Shown here one piece after another: positions 27,142-44,149 of a DNA stretch of 64,000 bases. Position 1 is the stretch's first letter. Each line of letters starts with the position of its first letter. The position numbers were made by a program, and so were the translations under genes. Source of the stretch: the human T2T-CHM13v2.0 reference genome, Homo sapiens; NCBI RefSeq assembly GCF_009914755.1, contig NC_060935.1. One strand, 5' to 3'. The notes beneath the pieces were generated by a model, which was given only the letters and a program-made list of their open reading frames with translations, did not search any database and was not told where the DNA came from.

Positions 27142-28075
27142 CTAAGTAGAGATATAAGAGACTGTTTTAAACATTTTACTTAAAGAAGCTTTGACTTCCT
27201 TGTTTCTCAAACTATAGATGAAAGGATTCAACATGGGGATGACTACTGTGTAAGACAGACACCACTTTGTCTTGATCCATTGAGTAGCTGGAGCTGGGAC
27301 GCAGAGATACATGAACAGGATTGTCCCAAAGAAGATAGTGACCACCGCCAAGTGGGAAGCACAGGTGGAGAAGGCCTTGTGCCTCCCTTCTGCAGAGTGG
27401 ATCTTCAAGATGGCAGCAAGGATGTAGAGACAGGAAACAAGAATCAGTAGGAGACAGCTCAATTCATTAAAACTGGCAAAGGCAAAAATGACAACCTCAT
27501 TGATGTGTGTATCAGAACAAGAGTTTCAGGAGGGGTGGAATATCACAAAAAAAATAGTTAATGATATTGGAGTGGCAGAATGACAGCTGGAAGGTGAAGC
27601 CAGTGTGAATGGCAGCATTTACAAAGCCCAAAAGATATGTGGCTAACACCAGGAGGGCACTGAGGTGGGGTGACATCAGGACTGTATAAAGCAGAGGCTT
27701 GCAGATGGCCACATAACAGTCATAGGCCATGACAGCCAACAGAAAACCCTCAATGCCAGCAAAGGAGCCAAAAAAGAAGAATTGAGTGGCACATTCATTA
27801 AATGAAATGACTGGGTTCTCCACCCAGAAATTTATCAGCATATTAGGGGCAATGACAGAAGAATAACAGAAGTCAACAAGGCACAAGTTACTGAGGAAAA
27901 AGTACATTGGAGTATGGAGATGTGAGTCAATCTTGATTAATAGAATCATGCCAAGATTTCCAACAACGGTGAACATATAGATGAGAAGAAACAACACAAA
28001 AAGAAGACACTGTAATTCTGGGTGATCCGTGAATCCCAGGATAATAAATCCAGACAGTGGTGTAAAGTTTCTCAT
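27142..28075 (-). pseudogene. OR5AP1P: OR5AP-like pseudogene with three 2-bp indels
   Basis: [29 protein letters not shown]; -2 near 27520, +2 near 27304, -2 near 27252; close paralog of OR5AP2. Symbol is from paralogy and gene order. Confidence 0.87.
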
Positions 28076-28444
28076 ATCTTAGTCTCAGAATAGAAGACTC
28101 ATTTGCTGGGATGAGAAACAAACCATGATAGATATGTTAATATGCCAATCTGCCTCACTATAGTAACAACTGTATTAGCTATATGTATCTATGTGTAAGT
28201 ATACATCTATATGAGCCCCACAGCATAACGTGCTAATCCTCAAATATACACAATAAAATTTACTTAAGAGAGGAACAAATGAAATAAATTATACCCCAAA
28301 AACCTAGGATATTAAATAGTTCATTCTTGACTGTAAATAAGATTACTTCTAAGATGTTCTGTGTTCATAACTACTCTTTATTTTATATGGAGGTAAAGAA
28401 CAAAAGATCCCTTAAGTAAACTCAATTACCTATTTTATTTAAAA

Positions 28445-28446
<2 letters not shown>

Positions 28447-28498
<52 letters not shown>
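28447..28498. repeat. Compound (GT)n(GA)n microsatellite
   Basis: Directly visible. Confidence 0.95.
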
Positions 28499-28599
28499 GG
28501 CTTTGATGATATCCTACTCTATTCTCCAACTTTTCTCTCTTCCTATTCCGATCCTACTGCTTTCATCACCTGTCCTCCCATTCCTCTGCCATTCCCTTA

Positions 28600-29737
<1,138 letters not shown>

Positions 29738-31967
29738 TGCGATAGTCTTTTAAACTGATTCTCCTATCTCTAAAACAGCTAAAATTCTACTCTATAACCT
29801 CTTTAAAATATTGCAGCCATTCTTTAAGTCTCTTATTTTTGCGTAAATATATATGTACACACATATGATCAATCACATTATATATGTAATAAATGTATAA
29901 GGTGACGTAAAAGCTATCATCTTTTCTCTGATATATATGATCCTCTGAGTGTATGGGTATGTTATGTTATATATGTTTTATACATATATATATACACACA
30001 CAAACACACATATATATGAGGGAAGCAATTTATTTAGTTTTGTAACTGTTTTCCCACCATGTGTACATAATTTAGATTCATATTTAGAAAAATATATATG
30101 GAGTGGCTTACATTCCATTTATTACAAAAGAGCATGGGATACATCATCCCTCATGGACATATGGAATTGCAACAAACTTAATCAAGATAGAATTATCCTT
30201 GTATTAAACATAAATTTGAACTAAGGAATATTAACTTGTTTGATGTCATAGAGCAAGTGCAACTGAAATTCAAGAAAAAGGCTGAAAATTGTTATCAGTT
30301 TATCCATTTATGCATTTAATGGCATAAAAGTATTCAATTTAAGGTTCTTCATAGGGAATTAAATATCTCTTTGGGTTTTGCTCTCTTTATATGCAAAATT
30401 AATTAAATGTTCATATTTTTACACCACACACATTTGTGTATATATACATGTATACATACATTCCTGTATGTATGTGTATATATATGTTGAATATTCTATG
30501 AAATTGTTTCTAGTGATTCTAAATCTCCCTCTTTTAAAACAATTTATGTTCACAGTTTAGATGACAATATTAAACTTAGTATTTCAGACATATTTAATTT
30601 AAGATGTTTAATCTTAATTTCTTAAATGTTTTTTTAAGTCCTCTTGAAACTTTCTACATTGGAACAAGTTATGATAAATTACATGATCTTACCTTCTGTC
30701 CTTAAGTAATATTCACTGAAAGTAGTGGTTCTTATTAATTTACCTTTGTTTTGTAGGAATACAGGTTTTCTGTTTCCAACAGTCAGATTTATGGCTTTGA
30801 AAAACTGTGCAGGTGACATAAAGGAATCAACTATGGCAGAATTCAGCAGTGCATTGTATCCTTTAATTCAACAAAGGATAAAATGCCCTGCTTTTGAATC
30901 CAAGACCCAAGATCACGTCTTATTAAGACTGATCATTCTCTGGAGATTTAGTCTCTGTTAAACACTAAAAAGTCTAAAGTCTGAAATATGCCAATCCATA
31001 ATTAAAAAGTGAATTCATTTTTCACTGAGATAATTGAACTACATTTTCCCCAGTGCATCATTTATACCTCAGAGAGTATCTTAGGAATTTAGAGAAGAAC
31101 AAAAAGTATCTCATGATCCAGAGGCGCCATTGAGCACAGCATTGAATTAAACCTACAGGATTGATCAGATCCTGCCTCCAACCCTCAGAATTCCACTTAA
31201 AATACAATCCTTATTCTTTTCTACTAGAATATGGCTTTCATTTCATTAACATTTTTATTCACTCAACAAATATTAATAAGTTTGTTTCATGAAGCAGACA
31301 CCACCCTTGGTACTGGTAAAATAGTCAAGAAAATTAATCTTGCCCATTCCCTCTTGCATCTTACCATCTGGCATTGGTGGGAGACAACTATTACAAAGTA
31401 ATTTGAAAAAAATAAAGCACAAAACCTCTTTATGAGCTACTAGGCCTTATGTGATCTGCCTCCCTTTCTCAGAATTTTCCTGATTGCTGTTCTTTACCTC
31501 CTTTAGTTTTCTCTCTCTGGTCCACATATATTTGTCTCCTTGCAATTCTTTTAACAAACCAAAGAGGATCTTGCCTAGGAGCCCTTGTGTTTAATGCGTG
31601 TGTACACAGAAAGCTCTTCCACAAACAGTCAAATGGTATCATCCCTATCCAGGCATTGCTCAGATGTTTTTCAACAGAGAGCTCTTTCACTCCGCCACTC
31701 CCTATTTTATTGCCCACTTCAAAACGCCATTTATGTTTATGTGAAATGCACACACACATTCACACATGCACAATACATTTGACAGAGACAATACAATCTC
31801 CCTCACTTAAATATAAGTTTATTGAGATAAGAAACTTTGTTTTCTTACCTGTTATATCTCCAGTATAAGTTACATGCAAATTACTCAACAAATAATTAAT
31901 GGATTATGAGTAAAGGCACAAAAGTTGCCAATTTTCTTGCTCCAGCACAAACTAAAGAAGTATAATA

Positions 31968-32049
31968 GTAGGTTGGTACAAAAATATTATGGTTTTTGCT
32001 ATTTTTTTAAGTGTTGCAAAAAACTGCAATTACTTTTGCACCAACCTAA
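31968..32049. mobile_element. MADE1 (Hsmar1-derived MITE)
   Basis: TIRs taggttggtacaaaa...ttttgcaccaacctaa, ~80 bp, flanked by TA dinucleotides. Confidence 0.88.
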
Positions 32050-32809
32050 TAGAAAATACAATCTGTGACTTAATATTAAGATAATTTTAACTCCAAAGAC
32101 ATAAGTATGATTTGCAGGTATAGTCTCTTCTAGTAGTACAAAAGGTGGGATTATTTTACATATGTCTGAGTATCATAACTAAGAAGAGAAAATTAATTTC
32201 TTAATCCTTTAGTGTATCCAAAGTCCCTACATGCTAGGTTGTTAATTAAATACATGAATCTGGAACTTGGGTGAGAGGTCAAGGCTAGAGATACAGGTTT
32301 TGGAATCATGGCACAGTTCTTAGGTCACCCAAGAATTAAGTGCAGGTGGAGAACCAAATGTCAAAACTATGACTTTTGCTCCAAGATGTAAAGGTCAGCA
32401 TGAGATGGAGGAAAAACGATAAATGCTAACTGGGAACAAGTAGGAATGAAAGAAGGAAAAATGTAAGAGTGAGGTGATATAGAAACCTATATAGGGTTAT
32501 ATCAAGGCAGGTGGAGGAATTAATTGTGACAAATCCTGAGCTATCAAGTAAAAGTGAAACAGAGAAGTGATCTTTGGATAAAGTAGTGTTGAGGTGTCAT
32601 GTGTCCTCGACAAGATTAGGCTTAATGTACAGATGTTACAGAAATATGCCTGGAATATGTTATAGTGTAAATAAGATATGAGGAAGTCTGGCAATGAGTA
32701 GAGGTAGCTCTTTTGGAAAGATTAATTATAGAGGGGAGTAGGGATGAATTAATAAGTTGGTGACTGGATGGGACTTACTCTCAAGGACACTGTGAAGAAG
32801 GGTGACACT

Positions 32810-32891
32810 GCCAACATGGCACAGGTATACATATGTAACAAACCTGCACTTTGTGCACACGTACCCTAGAACTTAAAGTATAATTTAAAAA
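32810..32891 (+). mobile_element. 82-bp extremely 5'-truncated L1PA with 15-bp TSD
   Basis: ccaacatggcacaggtatacatatgtaacaaacctgcac...aacttaaagtataa; TSD aagaagggtgacact at 32795-32809 and 32892-32906. Confidence 0.88.
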
Positions 32892-33605
32892 AAGAAGGGT
32901 GACACTAGAAAATATTTGTATACAAATGAGGATATTATAATAAGAGTTTGAGATACTAATGCTTGGGGAGAGTAGAGATATAATTTCAGAAGTAAAGGCC
33001 GTGGAAAACTCAAACACATGAAAGAGCTGGTCTTAGGTAGAAGCAGAGATACATTATCCATAATGACATGAAGGGAGAAGGAGGGTATTTATAAAGATGT
33101 AGAGGTGGTGAGGATGATCATATCTTCTTTTTTTTTTTTCAGGATGAAGTATGAGGAAAGTTCAGTAACACAGAGTAAAGTGATGATTAATTCTCTCTAA
33201 CTGTATTAAGCAGTTTAAATGGGGGACATATAGAAGAAACAATTAAATCTAACTAAGTGGGTATTTAGACAGACGAGCAGAATGGAGGGAGGGTGGAACC
33301 ATGGAGTTGAGCGTAACTAATAGTGTGTCATTATGTGATAAACCACGAAATCTCAGCTGGGTAATGAGTGAAATGCGGACATAAGACAGTGGTGAATAAT
33401 GATAAAGTACAACTATCCTTAGAGTGGTGATTTAAGACAAAAGTTAAGGGATAAATATGATAGCAGATAAACCAGAATAAAAGTAAATATGAAGGAGAAT
33501 GAAAGTTCTGATACAGTTTTGGATGTGTTTCAGAGAAACCTCAGTTAACAATTGAAAGTGGAAGTTATTGGAATATGACATGAAAGGGCTCTTGCAGGTG
33601 GTTAG

Positions 33606-33966
<361 letters not shown>

Positions 33967-34419
33967 TCCAATGAATTTTTTAAGAATGAGGTGGTCTCAG
34001 TTGGAACACTGAAAACACTGGTGTCTCCCTCCTGGTCTACAGTGGATGGCGGAATAGAAAGAAATTAGAACTAGACATTTACCTAACTCCAAATCATTAC
34101 ACAGACTTCCTTCAACATGTCATCTCATCACAGAAGGCTGTTGTCTCATTGCTCCAACATTGAGAGTTTCCTCCTCACTATGATAAGCAATACAGATACA
34201 ATTTTCTTTGATAAGTATTTATTGAAAATTATGTGAACCTTTAGGAAGAGCAGAGATAAAACGTTGAAGTACATTGATTACTACCAACAAAATATTCAGT
34301 TTAATTCAAAAGTCAGTAAAATATTCCCCCATTATTCTTGTGGTTCCCACAATATCATAATACCTGATAAGACTTATTCATCTATCTGATTTGGTACCTC
34401 TTGACATACTTGTAGGTAG

Positions 34420-35170
<751 letters not shown>

Positions 35171-35475
35171 CCAATGTTTGTATAATAAAACTCAGACTGA
35201 GATAAGCTTAATATTTAAATTAAAACTTAAGTCCAGATTAGCCAATTCCAAGTGTTTTGATACTTTTTCCAGTCCCAACCTTCATCTAGTGTATTGGTGC
35301 ATCAAAGGGACCCGTGTGTGTGTGTGTATATATATATGAGATACTAGGATATTAAAAAGTATACTTCATTTTAAATTATCTACTTTAACACAGAGAAACA
35401 GCTTAAACAATCAGAGAATACAGTTAACATGAAAATGTATTTTCTTCTACGTAACAAATGATGGGTAACATGGCT

Positions 35476-36429
35476 CTACAAGATGTGTTTCCATAAGATC
35501 TTCTTTAGGGCCTTTTTTACATCCTTATTTTTTAAACTATAGATGAGGGGATTTAGCACAGGGATTATTACTGTATAAAAGACAGAGACAACCTTGTCTT
35601 GCTCCATTGAGTAGCTAGATGTAGGGCGCAAGTACATGAAGAGGATTGTTCCAAAGAATATGGTGACAGCCATGAGGTAAGAGGCACAGGTGGAGAAGGC
35701 TTTGTGCCTGCCCTCTAACGAAGGCATCTTCAAGACGGCAATGAAGATACACAGGTAGGAAATGAGGACAATCATAACACAGCTGATGACAATAAAACTT
35801 GAGAATGCCATGATCACAATGCCATTGAAGTGGGTATCAGAGCAAGAGAGTTTGAGCAGTGGCGGGGTGTCACAGTAGAAATGGTTGATCCTATTAGAAC
35901 CACAAAAGGACAACCTAAAAGTCATCCCTGTATGTATGGCTGCATTTCCACAACCTGCTAAGAAGGAGGTAGCTATTAGCAAAAAGCAAATTCTCCCAGA
36001 CACGAGAACTGGGTAGAGCAGGGGGTTCCAAATGGCTGCATAGCGGTCATATGCCATCATGGCCAACAGGAAGCACTCAGTCCCCAGGAAGGAGCCAAAG
36101 AAGTAGAACTGGGCAGCACATCCATGAAAAGAAATGGCCTTATTCTCAGCCATGAGGTTCACCAGCATCTTGGGAGTGACGGAAGAAGAGTAAGAGGCAT
36201 CTACAAAAGAGAGGCTACTGAGAAAGAAATACATGGGGGTGTGGAGACAGAGATCAATCTTAATCAATACAATCATCCCCAAATTGCCCACCATGTTTGC
36301 CATATAGATCAACAGAAACAATGCAAAGAGGACTCCTTGTAGATCTGGATTGTCGGAAAGTCCTAAGAGGAGAAATTCTGTTACTTCTGTTTGATTTCTG
36401 CCTCGAACCTCTTTCATAAGTCTCATCAT
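35476..36429 (-). CDS. OR5AP2: Olfactory receptor family 5 subfamily AP, 316-317 aa
   Basis: Intact ORF with [26 protein letters not shown] and NPLIYSL; two adjacent ATGs (36429 or 36426); acceptor TTCTTTCTTATTGCAG with AG at 36435-36436. Confidence 0.92.
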   Translation of the reverse strand: MMRLMKEVRGRNQTEVTEFLLLGLSDNPDLQGVLFALFLLIYMANMVGNLGMIVLIKIDLCLHTPMYFFLSSLSFVDASYSSSVTPKMLVNLMAENKAISFHGCAAQFYFFGSFLGTECFLLAMMAYDRYAAIWNPLLYPVLVSGRICFLLIATSFLAGCGNAAIHTGMTFRLSFCGSNRINHFYCDTPPLLKLSCSDTHFNGIVIMAFSSFIVISCVMIVLISYLCIFIAVLKMPSLEGRHKAFSTCASYLMAVTIFFGTILFMYLRPTSSYSMEQDKVVSVFYTVIIPVLNPLIYSLKNKDVKKALKKILWKHIL

Positions 36430-36897
36430 TTGAGCTGCAATAAGAAAGAAGATGCACAGTGGAATTTAGTCAGATGAATACATGATGGAGCTATAATATA
36501 TTTTTAGTGAAACAACTTCTAACAGAAGAGCAAAAAGTGAAAAGCATAATAAAAGGTATGTTGGATTTGATGCCAAATCAAAAGACTTGTAGTACTAGAT
36601 GTGCTGTCTACTAATGACTGAAGCAAGTGATTTAGTGTGTATTAACTATGGTCATTCCTACAGTTAACTCTTTATTGAATAATTAAAATAACTTATTCTT
36701 AAGATGTGACTGTCATAATTACTTGTGATAAATAAATTAATTTATATATACTGACATACCCTCCAGACACAACTTCTGGAGAAGGATGATAGAATGAATT
36801 CAGGACACTTACAATTCCTCCTCAGTACTAATAGAATGAATAAAAATATTGAAAGTTAATAAAATTAATCTATAGTGCCAGACAAGAAAAATAGTTG

Positions 36898-37205
36898 GGC
36901 TGGGCCTGGTGGCTTACAACTGTAATCCCAGTACTTTGAGAGACCAAGGCAAGGCAGATCACTTGAGCTCAAGAGTTAAAGACCAGCCTGGGCAATGTGG
37001 CAAAATCTCCTCTCTGCAATATTTAAAAAAAAAAAAAAAAAAGCTATGTGTGGTGGCTCATCCCTGTGGTCTCAGCTACTCAGGAGGCTGAGGTGGGAGG
37101 ATTGCTTGACCCCAGGAGTTTGAGGCTGCACTGAGCTGGGTTTGCACCACTGCACCACTCCAGCCTGTGCAGTAGAGTGAGACGGTGCCAAAAAAAAAAA
37201 AAAAA
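36898..37205 (+). mobile_element. AluJ
   Basis: ggctgggcctggtggct...gggaggattgcttgaccccaggagtttgaggctgca (J-type). Confidence 0.9.
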
Positions 37206-37404
37206 GAGAAAGAAAGAAAGAAGGAAACAAAGAAAGAAAGAAAGAAAGAAGGAAGGAAGGAGAGAGAGAAGGAAGGAAGGAAGGAAGGAAGGAAGGAAGG
37301 AAGGAAGGAAGGAAGGAAGGAAGGAAGGAAGGAAGGAAAAAAGAAAGAAAGGAAAGAAAGAAAGAGAGAAGGAAAGAAAGAGAAAAGAAAGAAAGAAAGA
37401 AAAA
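37189..37404. repeat. Polypurine tract grown from Alu tail, including (GGAA)17 at 37271-37338
   Basis: Direct count; flanked by (GAAA)n. Confidence 0.95.
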
Positions 37405-38087
37405 CAGCAGAATCTCTTGGGGTAGAGGAAGAGCTTAAAAATGCCTGGCCAAAGAAGAAAATAGAGAATATTCCCACACAGCCAGTACAGTTCGAACCCC
37501 ACTCTGATTTTCCATAATAAACATCTACAGAGAACAGAATAGGGTCAGTTAAATAGTAATTTTCCACAATTCATTCCAATATTTAGAGAATCAGATTGTA
37601 AGAATGAGTAGGCATCCCCGATAAAAATGGCAGAAGTAGCCAAGCCAGTGAAAATCTCTAATACTCACATTCACAAGTTCTCAAGAGAACCAGAAAACAT
37701 CAGAAGTAGCACATGCAATTTTTCAGCCACCATACTTAATCAAGGGAATAATTTAATACCAAGTAATCAAAATGGAAATAAGAGTCACCCTTTGCAAGGT
37801 GTAATGAAGACAAACATAGGATAAGAAAAGTAAAAGAAATAAAAAAGAAAATTCAGAATAGATGCCCAAACTAGATCTTCCAAATCAAAATGTAAACACC
37901 ACCAGCGGAATTCTCCTCCAATTTAACGCAAATCCTCCACCCCTTCCATGATCTCAGATTATTAAACAAAAGTTTAAACTTACTAGGCTAACTGTCAAAA
38001 TATAGCTCAGAAGGTAAGACAGAGTTATATCCTTTGCTACTCACAGAAAAAAGTTATTTGATACTGTTTAAATTAAAACATGGGGTC

Positions 38088-38524
<437 letters not shown>

Positions 38525-40969
38525 CTATTTATGCTGGGCTCCACCTAATTGTCATTGAGATAGGGACTCAATGCCCTAATCAATAATTAAAGCTGACATT
38601 TTGAAAGAATTCCATAACAATTTTGAAAAGTGTCATTGCACCCATTATCTTATATAAGCCTTACCACAAATCAGTGAAAGAAATTATCAGGTAATATCCC
38701 AAGAGTATAAGTAATATAGTCTTTTGTTAGATGAGGCCAGCAAAGTGTGGGGGTTTCTCAGCCAATCAGTGGTGAATCCTGAGCTAGAATGTAGGCCTCT
38801 TGATGCTAAATTATGTGACAATGCCTCTGTCTGTATTTCACTGGCATAGGCGCACAGCCTAGGTCCTCTTTCTTGAAGCAATCTTGCTGTCTGAACTTCA
38901 AAGAACAGCATCTTTAGAAGAAATGAAAAAAAAAAGGAATAGATCTTTCTTCTCTCCTTCTCAAACAGAAAGTCTCTCTGAGTATTAACAGAAATATTGC
39001 ACAGAATAAAATGTCTTATATGTGCTAAACATACAACGTAAGTAATGATGAGTAAAACGTTAAGTATTGACATGTGCAAAAATCTGTTGAGGATTTCTTA
39101 TGCTCTACAAACACTTTATTAACTGTTTTGCCTGCATTATTTTATTTAAATTCTACGTAATAGGCATTTATCATCTCCTTTTTGCAGATGGGAAATGTAA
39201 GGTATAAAAGACTAACTTGCCCGAAGCCTCTCCAGGCTCTCAAAGTTAGCCTAATAATGTCTAAATGTATGTCCAGCCAATGTAACTTTCATTCTCTTAA
39301 CATGTGAGGTCGTTTAGAAAAGCTCTGTCAATAACAGATGTGAGCACTGATAGACAAAGAGCTTGATATCGTGATTCTCAAAGATTTATTAATACTTTAA
39401 AATACATTTAGTTAAATAAACATGTCATATATCCTAAAGAGAAAATATAATTAGAGTTGATGAAAATTGTCTTTCTTAGGACTCACATATATTAATCAGC
39501 AAGATAGCAAAATATTATTTGTTTTCCATCTGATGGTATAAATAACATTCTTCTGTCTCCCCTTCTATTCTGATAAATATTCTTCCTGCTTCTATGCAGT
39601 ATTTCCCCAGGCTCTGCTGAGATTTTTCAGTCAATTCTTTAGCCCAGAGATTCCTTAGTCAGAGATCTGGGCTCTCAATTTCTAAGAGTTTCTAAAAATA
39701 ATACTAAAGTTTCATGATATATTTATTTTATTTAAAAAGGCTTTAAAATAATATTATTTATTGCTGCTTATATTTTTCCTAATGGCTATACATTTTGCAA
39801 TAAAATAACACACACAACATTTATTTAACATTCCTTTTTAGCCACTCAATGCTCTTGGAAGTTTGTGTTGATAAGTGATTGAGGAAATTAACAGGATTGT
39901 GAATTTTTCTTAAGGAGAGTAAGTGAAATAGATGGAAACATTTACATATCTCATCTTACCTTTAGTAACTATTTGATTTCTATTTGATCCCTTTGCATGC
40001 TCCCGTCCAATGCTTAAATTCACCAGAAAGAAAGCAGAAACAATAAAAGAAATCTTTCTTCTTAGAGGAAGTATTCACACTAATTCACCCACGGTAAGCA
40101 GGAGGTATAACTGGAACAGATGCTAGAGTACACCCGTTAAAGAAGTGGGACAACTAAAACTGTTTACCCCTTCCTTGTGAAGTTAACTGCATTCAGCAGA
40201 GATTGAGTCTTTTGTTCTTTAACTTTTCCTTAAAGATAATATCACGATTTTTAATATCAGAGTAAAATACACTTCAGTATACAGAGTTTATCACTGCAGT
40301 GCAGTTGTCATATCAATTGCAGTTAATTTCAGTTGTGGAGTCTCTAGAATTGACTCTCAAGTAAGCATCCTAACAAGTAAAACATATTTCTTGTTAGTTG
40401 GTCTCCAGGGACTGTGTCTCTCATGTCACCTCATTGTAATCTGCTTATTTTTCCACTCTGAAATTAAGAAAATCACAGCCCTTTTTCATGTTTCTCTACT
40501 TTACCCTTGGGACACCTGGACCCAGCGGAGAATGAATTTGAGTCCCATATTCCTAACCACCATGAACCATCCTTCTTCTGTCTCCCCTGGTAGCTGGAGG
40601 TTTGTCCTTGGGAGAATCAAAAGAATCCACAAAATAGCAGACTAGATCTACCTGCGGCCCCATCTTCTATAAGTGTACATGTTAGCAGTTGGGCTACCTG
40701 GATAGTGGTGAGAGAGGTAGAGAAAACAGGAAGTTCTTGGCTTGGAATCCTGACTCCATGTCTTCTGATTGTGTGACTTTGGGCATTTCACTAAATCCTT
40801 CTGTGTCTTAGCTTTTTCCTTTCTAATATCTACCTTATAGGGTGACTCCAGAGAGAAAATAATTTAACAAATGTGAATTGCTGCATCCAATACATATAAT
40901 AATTAATAAATGAGTTTCCCTCACCCTTACATTCTTCCCCACTCTCCAGAGTAAGAAATAGTTATCAGT

Positions 40970-41288
<319 letters not shown>

Positions 41289-42840
41289 TTATCAGCCTAT
41301 CTAGCCTAGATTGAGACATATGGGATGTCCTATTGTCCAAAAATATCTTCCATATAAAAGACATAGAATCTGAAACAAATTGATCAATATCTAATCATCA
41401 TTTACATTATTTATGCTACTTTGAGAAGACACTTTAATTAATCCATCTCTCTGTATTATTTAATCAATGCAATTTGCCTGAAATGCTGAGGGACACAAAG
41501 ACTTTAAAACTGTTTTGTTTTATGTCAAGCAATTCAGACAAGAAATATTTGCATTACCTTGATTAAGTCTTAACCTTCTTGCTTTTTAAATTAATACCTT
41601 GGAGGAAAAATGCAGTAGGTTCCTGTCAATTCAGAGTCTCAAACATAACTAGTAAATGAGACGATTTATTCAATAAATAAATAAGTAATCGCAATAAGTG
41701 TAAATCAGTTGTTATATGAGAACAATGTGTGATGATTTAAGTGAGATTAAGGTTTGTGCAATTACAGTATGGAAGGAGGTTGGAAGAAAGATCATATGGC
41801 ATAAGGGGGTCAGTGGTAAGGGACATAGAATATCAAGATTTTAGGTAATAATGGAGTGGTAGAATGAGACTTCTAGGCATAAAGGAGTAATTAGGACCTG
41901 GACAGGTTAGGTTGTAGGACCTAATCAGCCCCAGGCTATAAAGAGCTTCAAAACAAGAAGATAACTCAACAAGTGTCATCAAAGAGGCACCAGATGATGG
42001 TATATCTCCCTGCCACTACAATGAGAACAAATCAGGAGTCAGGATGAAATGAAATCTCTATGAAGAATTTGAAGAATTCACACTGGTAACAGAATTTTGA
42101 GCTCAGTACTGTAAAGAGTGAATCACTGACAGTTAAGTTGCAAAGAACATTTTACAAAGAACCAAGGGACCCCCACAGGCCAATAACCAAGCAACAAGCA
42201 TTTATCGGGCAACTAATAGAAGAAATGAAGACTAATAAAGATGTGACCTCCACTCCAGAGAGCTTACACATTAATATGTATCATGAATAATGTGAGAACC
42301 TGTTCAGTCAGACCTTTCCCTAGTCATAGAAGAAGAGACTGGGCTAAGAGATAATAGCAGCTAACATTTACTGGGCATGTCCTGCTTGCCATGTGCCCCC
42401 CTAAACACATGTGTTTTCTGATACATGCATTCCCCATCACAAATAAGTAAGTTGGGCCTTGAAAAGGAACTTGTCTAAATAGTTAATTCAGATCAGAAAT
42501 GGGATTCAAACAGTTTTTTTCATACTCCAGAATGTGTATTGCTAACCATTATGTGTTTCTGCAGTTCAAAGGCAGCAAAGATTTTGTGAAAAAAAAAAAA
42601 CCCTTCTGTTTTAAATATGGATAATGCATAAACCACAATAACGACTAATGGCTTATTTTATGTGCTCTGGGCAATATTGGCAACCTCCGGAGTAGTATCT
42701 TGATGACAGTAGTTGCTGAGAGAGTGAATTATAGGTATTAGGAGTGGAAAGGTGGAGTGGCTAAATTTCTAACAGCAAATTTTATCATCCCTTAGTTAAG
42801 AATTACTTAATGTCAGATGCCTACAACTTAAAGGCAATCG

Positions 42841-43561
42841 CAGTGGAGGTGATTTTTTCTTTTGGAGACATTATGGAAATTTTGGGCTGTCATAGTGACA
42901 GAGGGATATACTGTAGAATCTAGTGAGTGGGAGGCAAAAATACAAAAAGCCTGCAAGCTATAAGATAGTCCCAAACAACAAAAATTGCCCATTCCCCCTG
43001 GAATTTTTAAGTATCCTGATAGTTATAATGCACTTGATACAATTGTCTAAGCCTTTTAGATAGATCTACCTCCATTTTACATGTAAACACATTTTACATA
43101 TAAATATGAATATTGTTGCATGATTTTTTATGTAACAAACTTGCCATAAATGCATCTATTAAGTAACTCTAGGGGAATAAATGGTTTGGAGCTTTACTAA
43201 GAGCTGTTCATCCTTTCAGAAATTTACGTCCTCAGTTGTAAGATAGCAAAACTGCTTGAGGTGCTTATAGGACAAACTTGTACCAGCCTGCATTTTTTAA
43301 TAGTCACATTTATGGAGATTTCATATACATACAAGCATCTGCCTTTTCATTATGTAGTTATGCCTGACCAGTTAGTAACTAAAATAAGCATTAATTTGTT
43401 TACTATCAATTACTTTCCTTTTATTTTTTCTCTTTAAATTATGCATGTAGGGAAATAATAGTTTCTGAGAATGTCATAGCTCTTTCAGGAGCATAGAAGG
43501 GTCAAGATAAAATACTTGCTATAAAAAGATGGCATTGGGTCCAAAAGGTTATAGAATCACT
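42841..43561. mobile_element. hAT/Charlie-type (MER20B-like) DNA transposon relic
   Basis: CAGTG...CACTG termini; MER20-like start ttttggagacatt...ctagtgagtgggaggc. Confidence 0.45.
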
Positions 43562-43732
43562 GTTACAGAGGAGGTTTACGTGCCAGTCTCCAGCCATTAA
43601 CACGGTTCCATCCAAATAGATTTTATGTCACCTGGCCAAACCAAGAAGAGGAATTCCCTTCTTAGGCCTTATAAATTTACTTTATCCTAAAGAAAGCTTT
43701 TTTAATCTAGTATAAAGTATGGCTATATTCCA

Positions 43733-44088
43733 CTATGCAGCCATAAAAAAGAATGTCCTTTGCAGGGGCATGGATGAAGCTGGTAACCGTCATTCTCAGG
43801 AAACTAACACAGAAACAGAAAAACACCGCATGTTCTCACTCATAAGTGGGCGTTGAACAATGAGAATGCACAGACACAGGGAGGGGAATATCACACACCA
43901 GGGCCCATTGGGGGTTTGGGGGCAAGGGGAGGGAGAACATTAGCACAAATACCGAATGCGTGCGGGGCTTAAAACCTAGACGACAGGTTGATAGGTGCAG
44001 CAAACCAACATGGCACATGTATACCTATGTAACAAACCTGCACGTTCTGTACATGTACCCCAGAACTTAAAGTAAAATCTTAAAAAAT
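43733..44088 (+). mobile_element. 5'-truncated L1PA7/8-like with 16-bp TSD
   Basis: L1 3'UTR; TSD gtatggctatattcca at 43717-43732 and 44089-44104. Confidence 0.9.
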
Positions 44089-44149
44089 GTATGGCTATAT
44101 TCCAACACACCAAACATTAAATACTACTACTGCTACTGCCACTACTAGT

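Noticed and set aside
37076-37567. Four overlapping ORFs (K/E/R-rich or F/L/P/S-rich)
   Set aside because: Translations of the GGAA/GAAA microsatellite and AluJ
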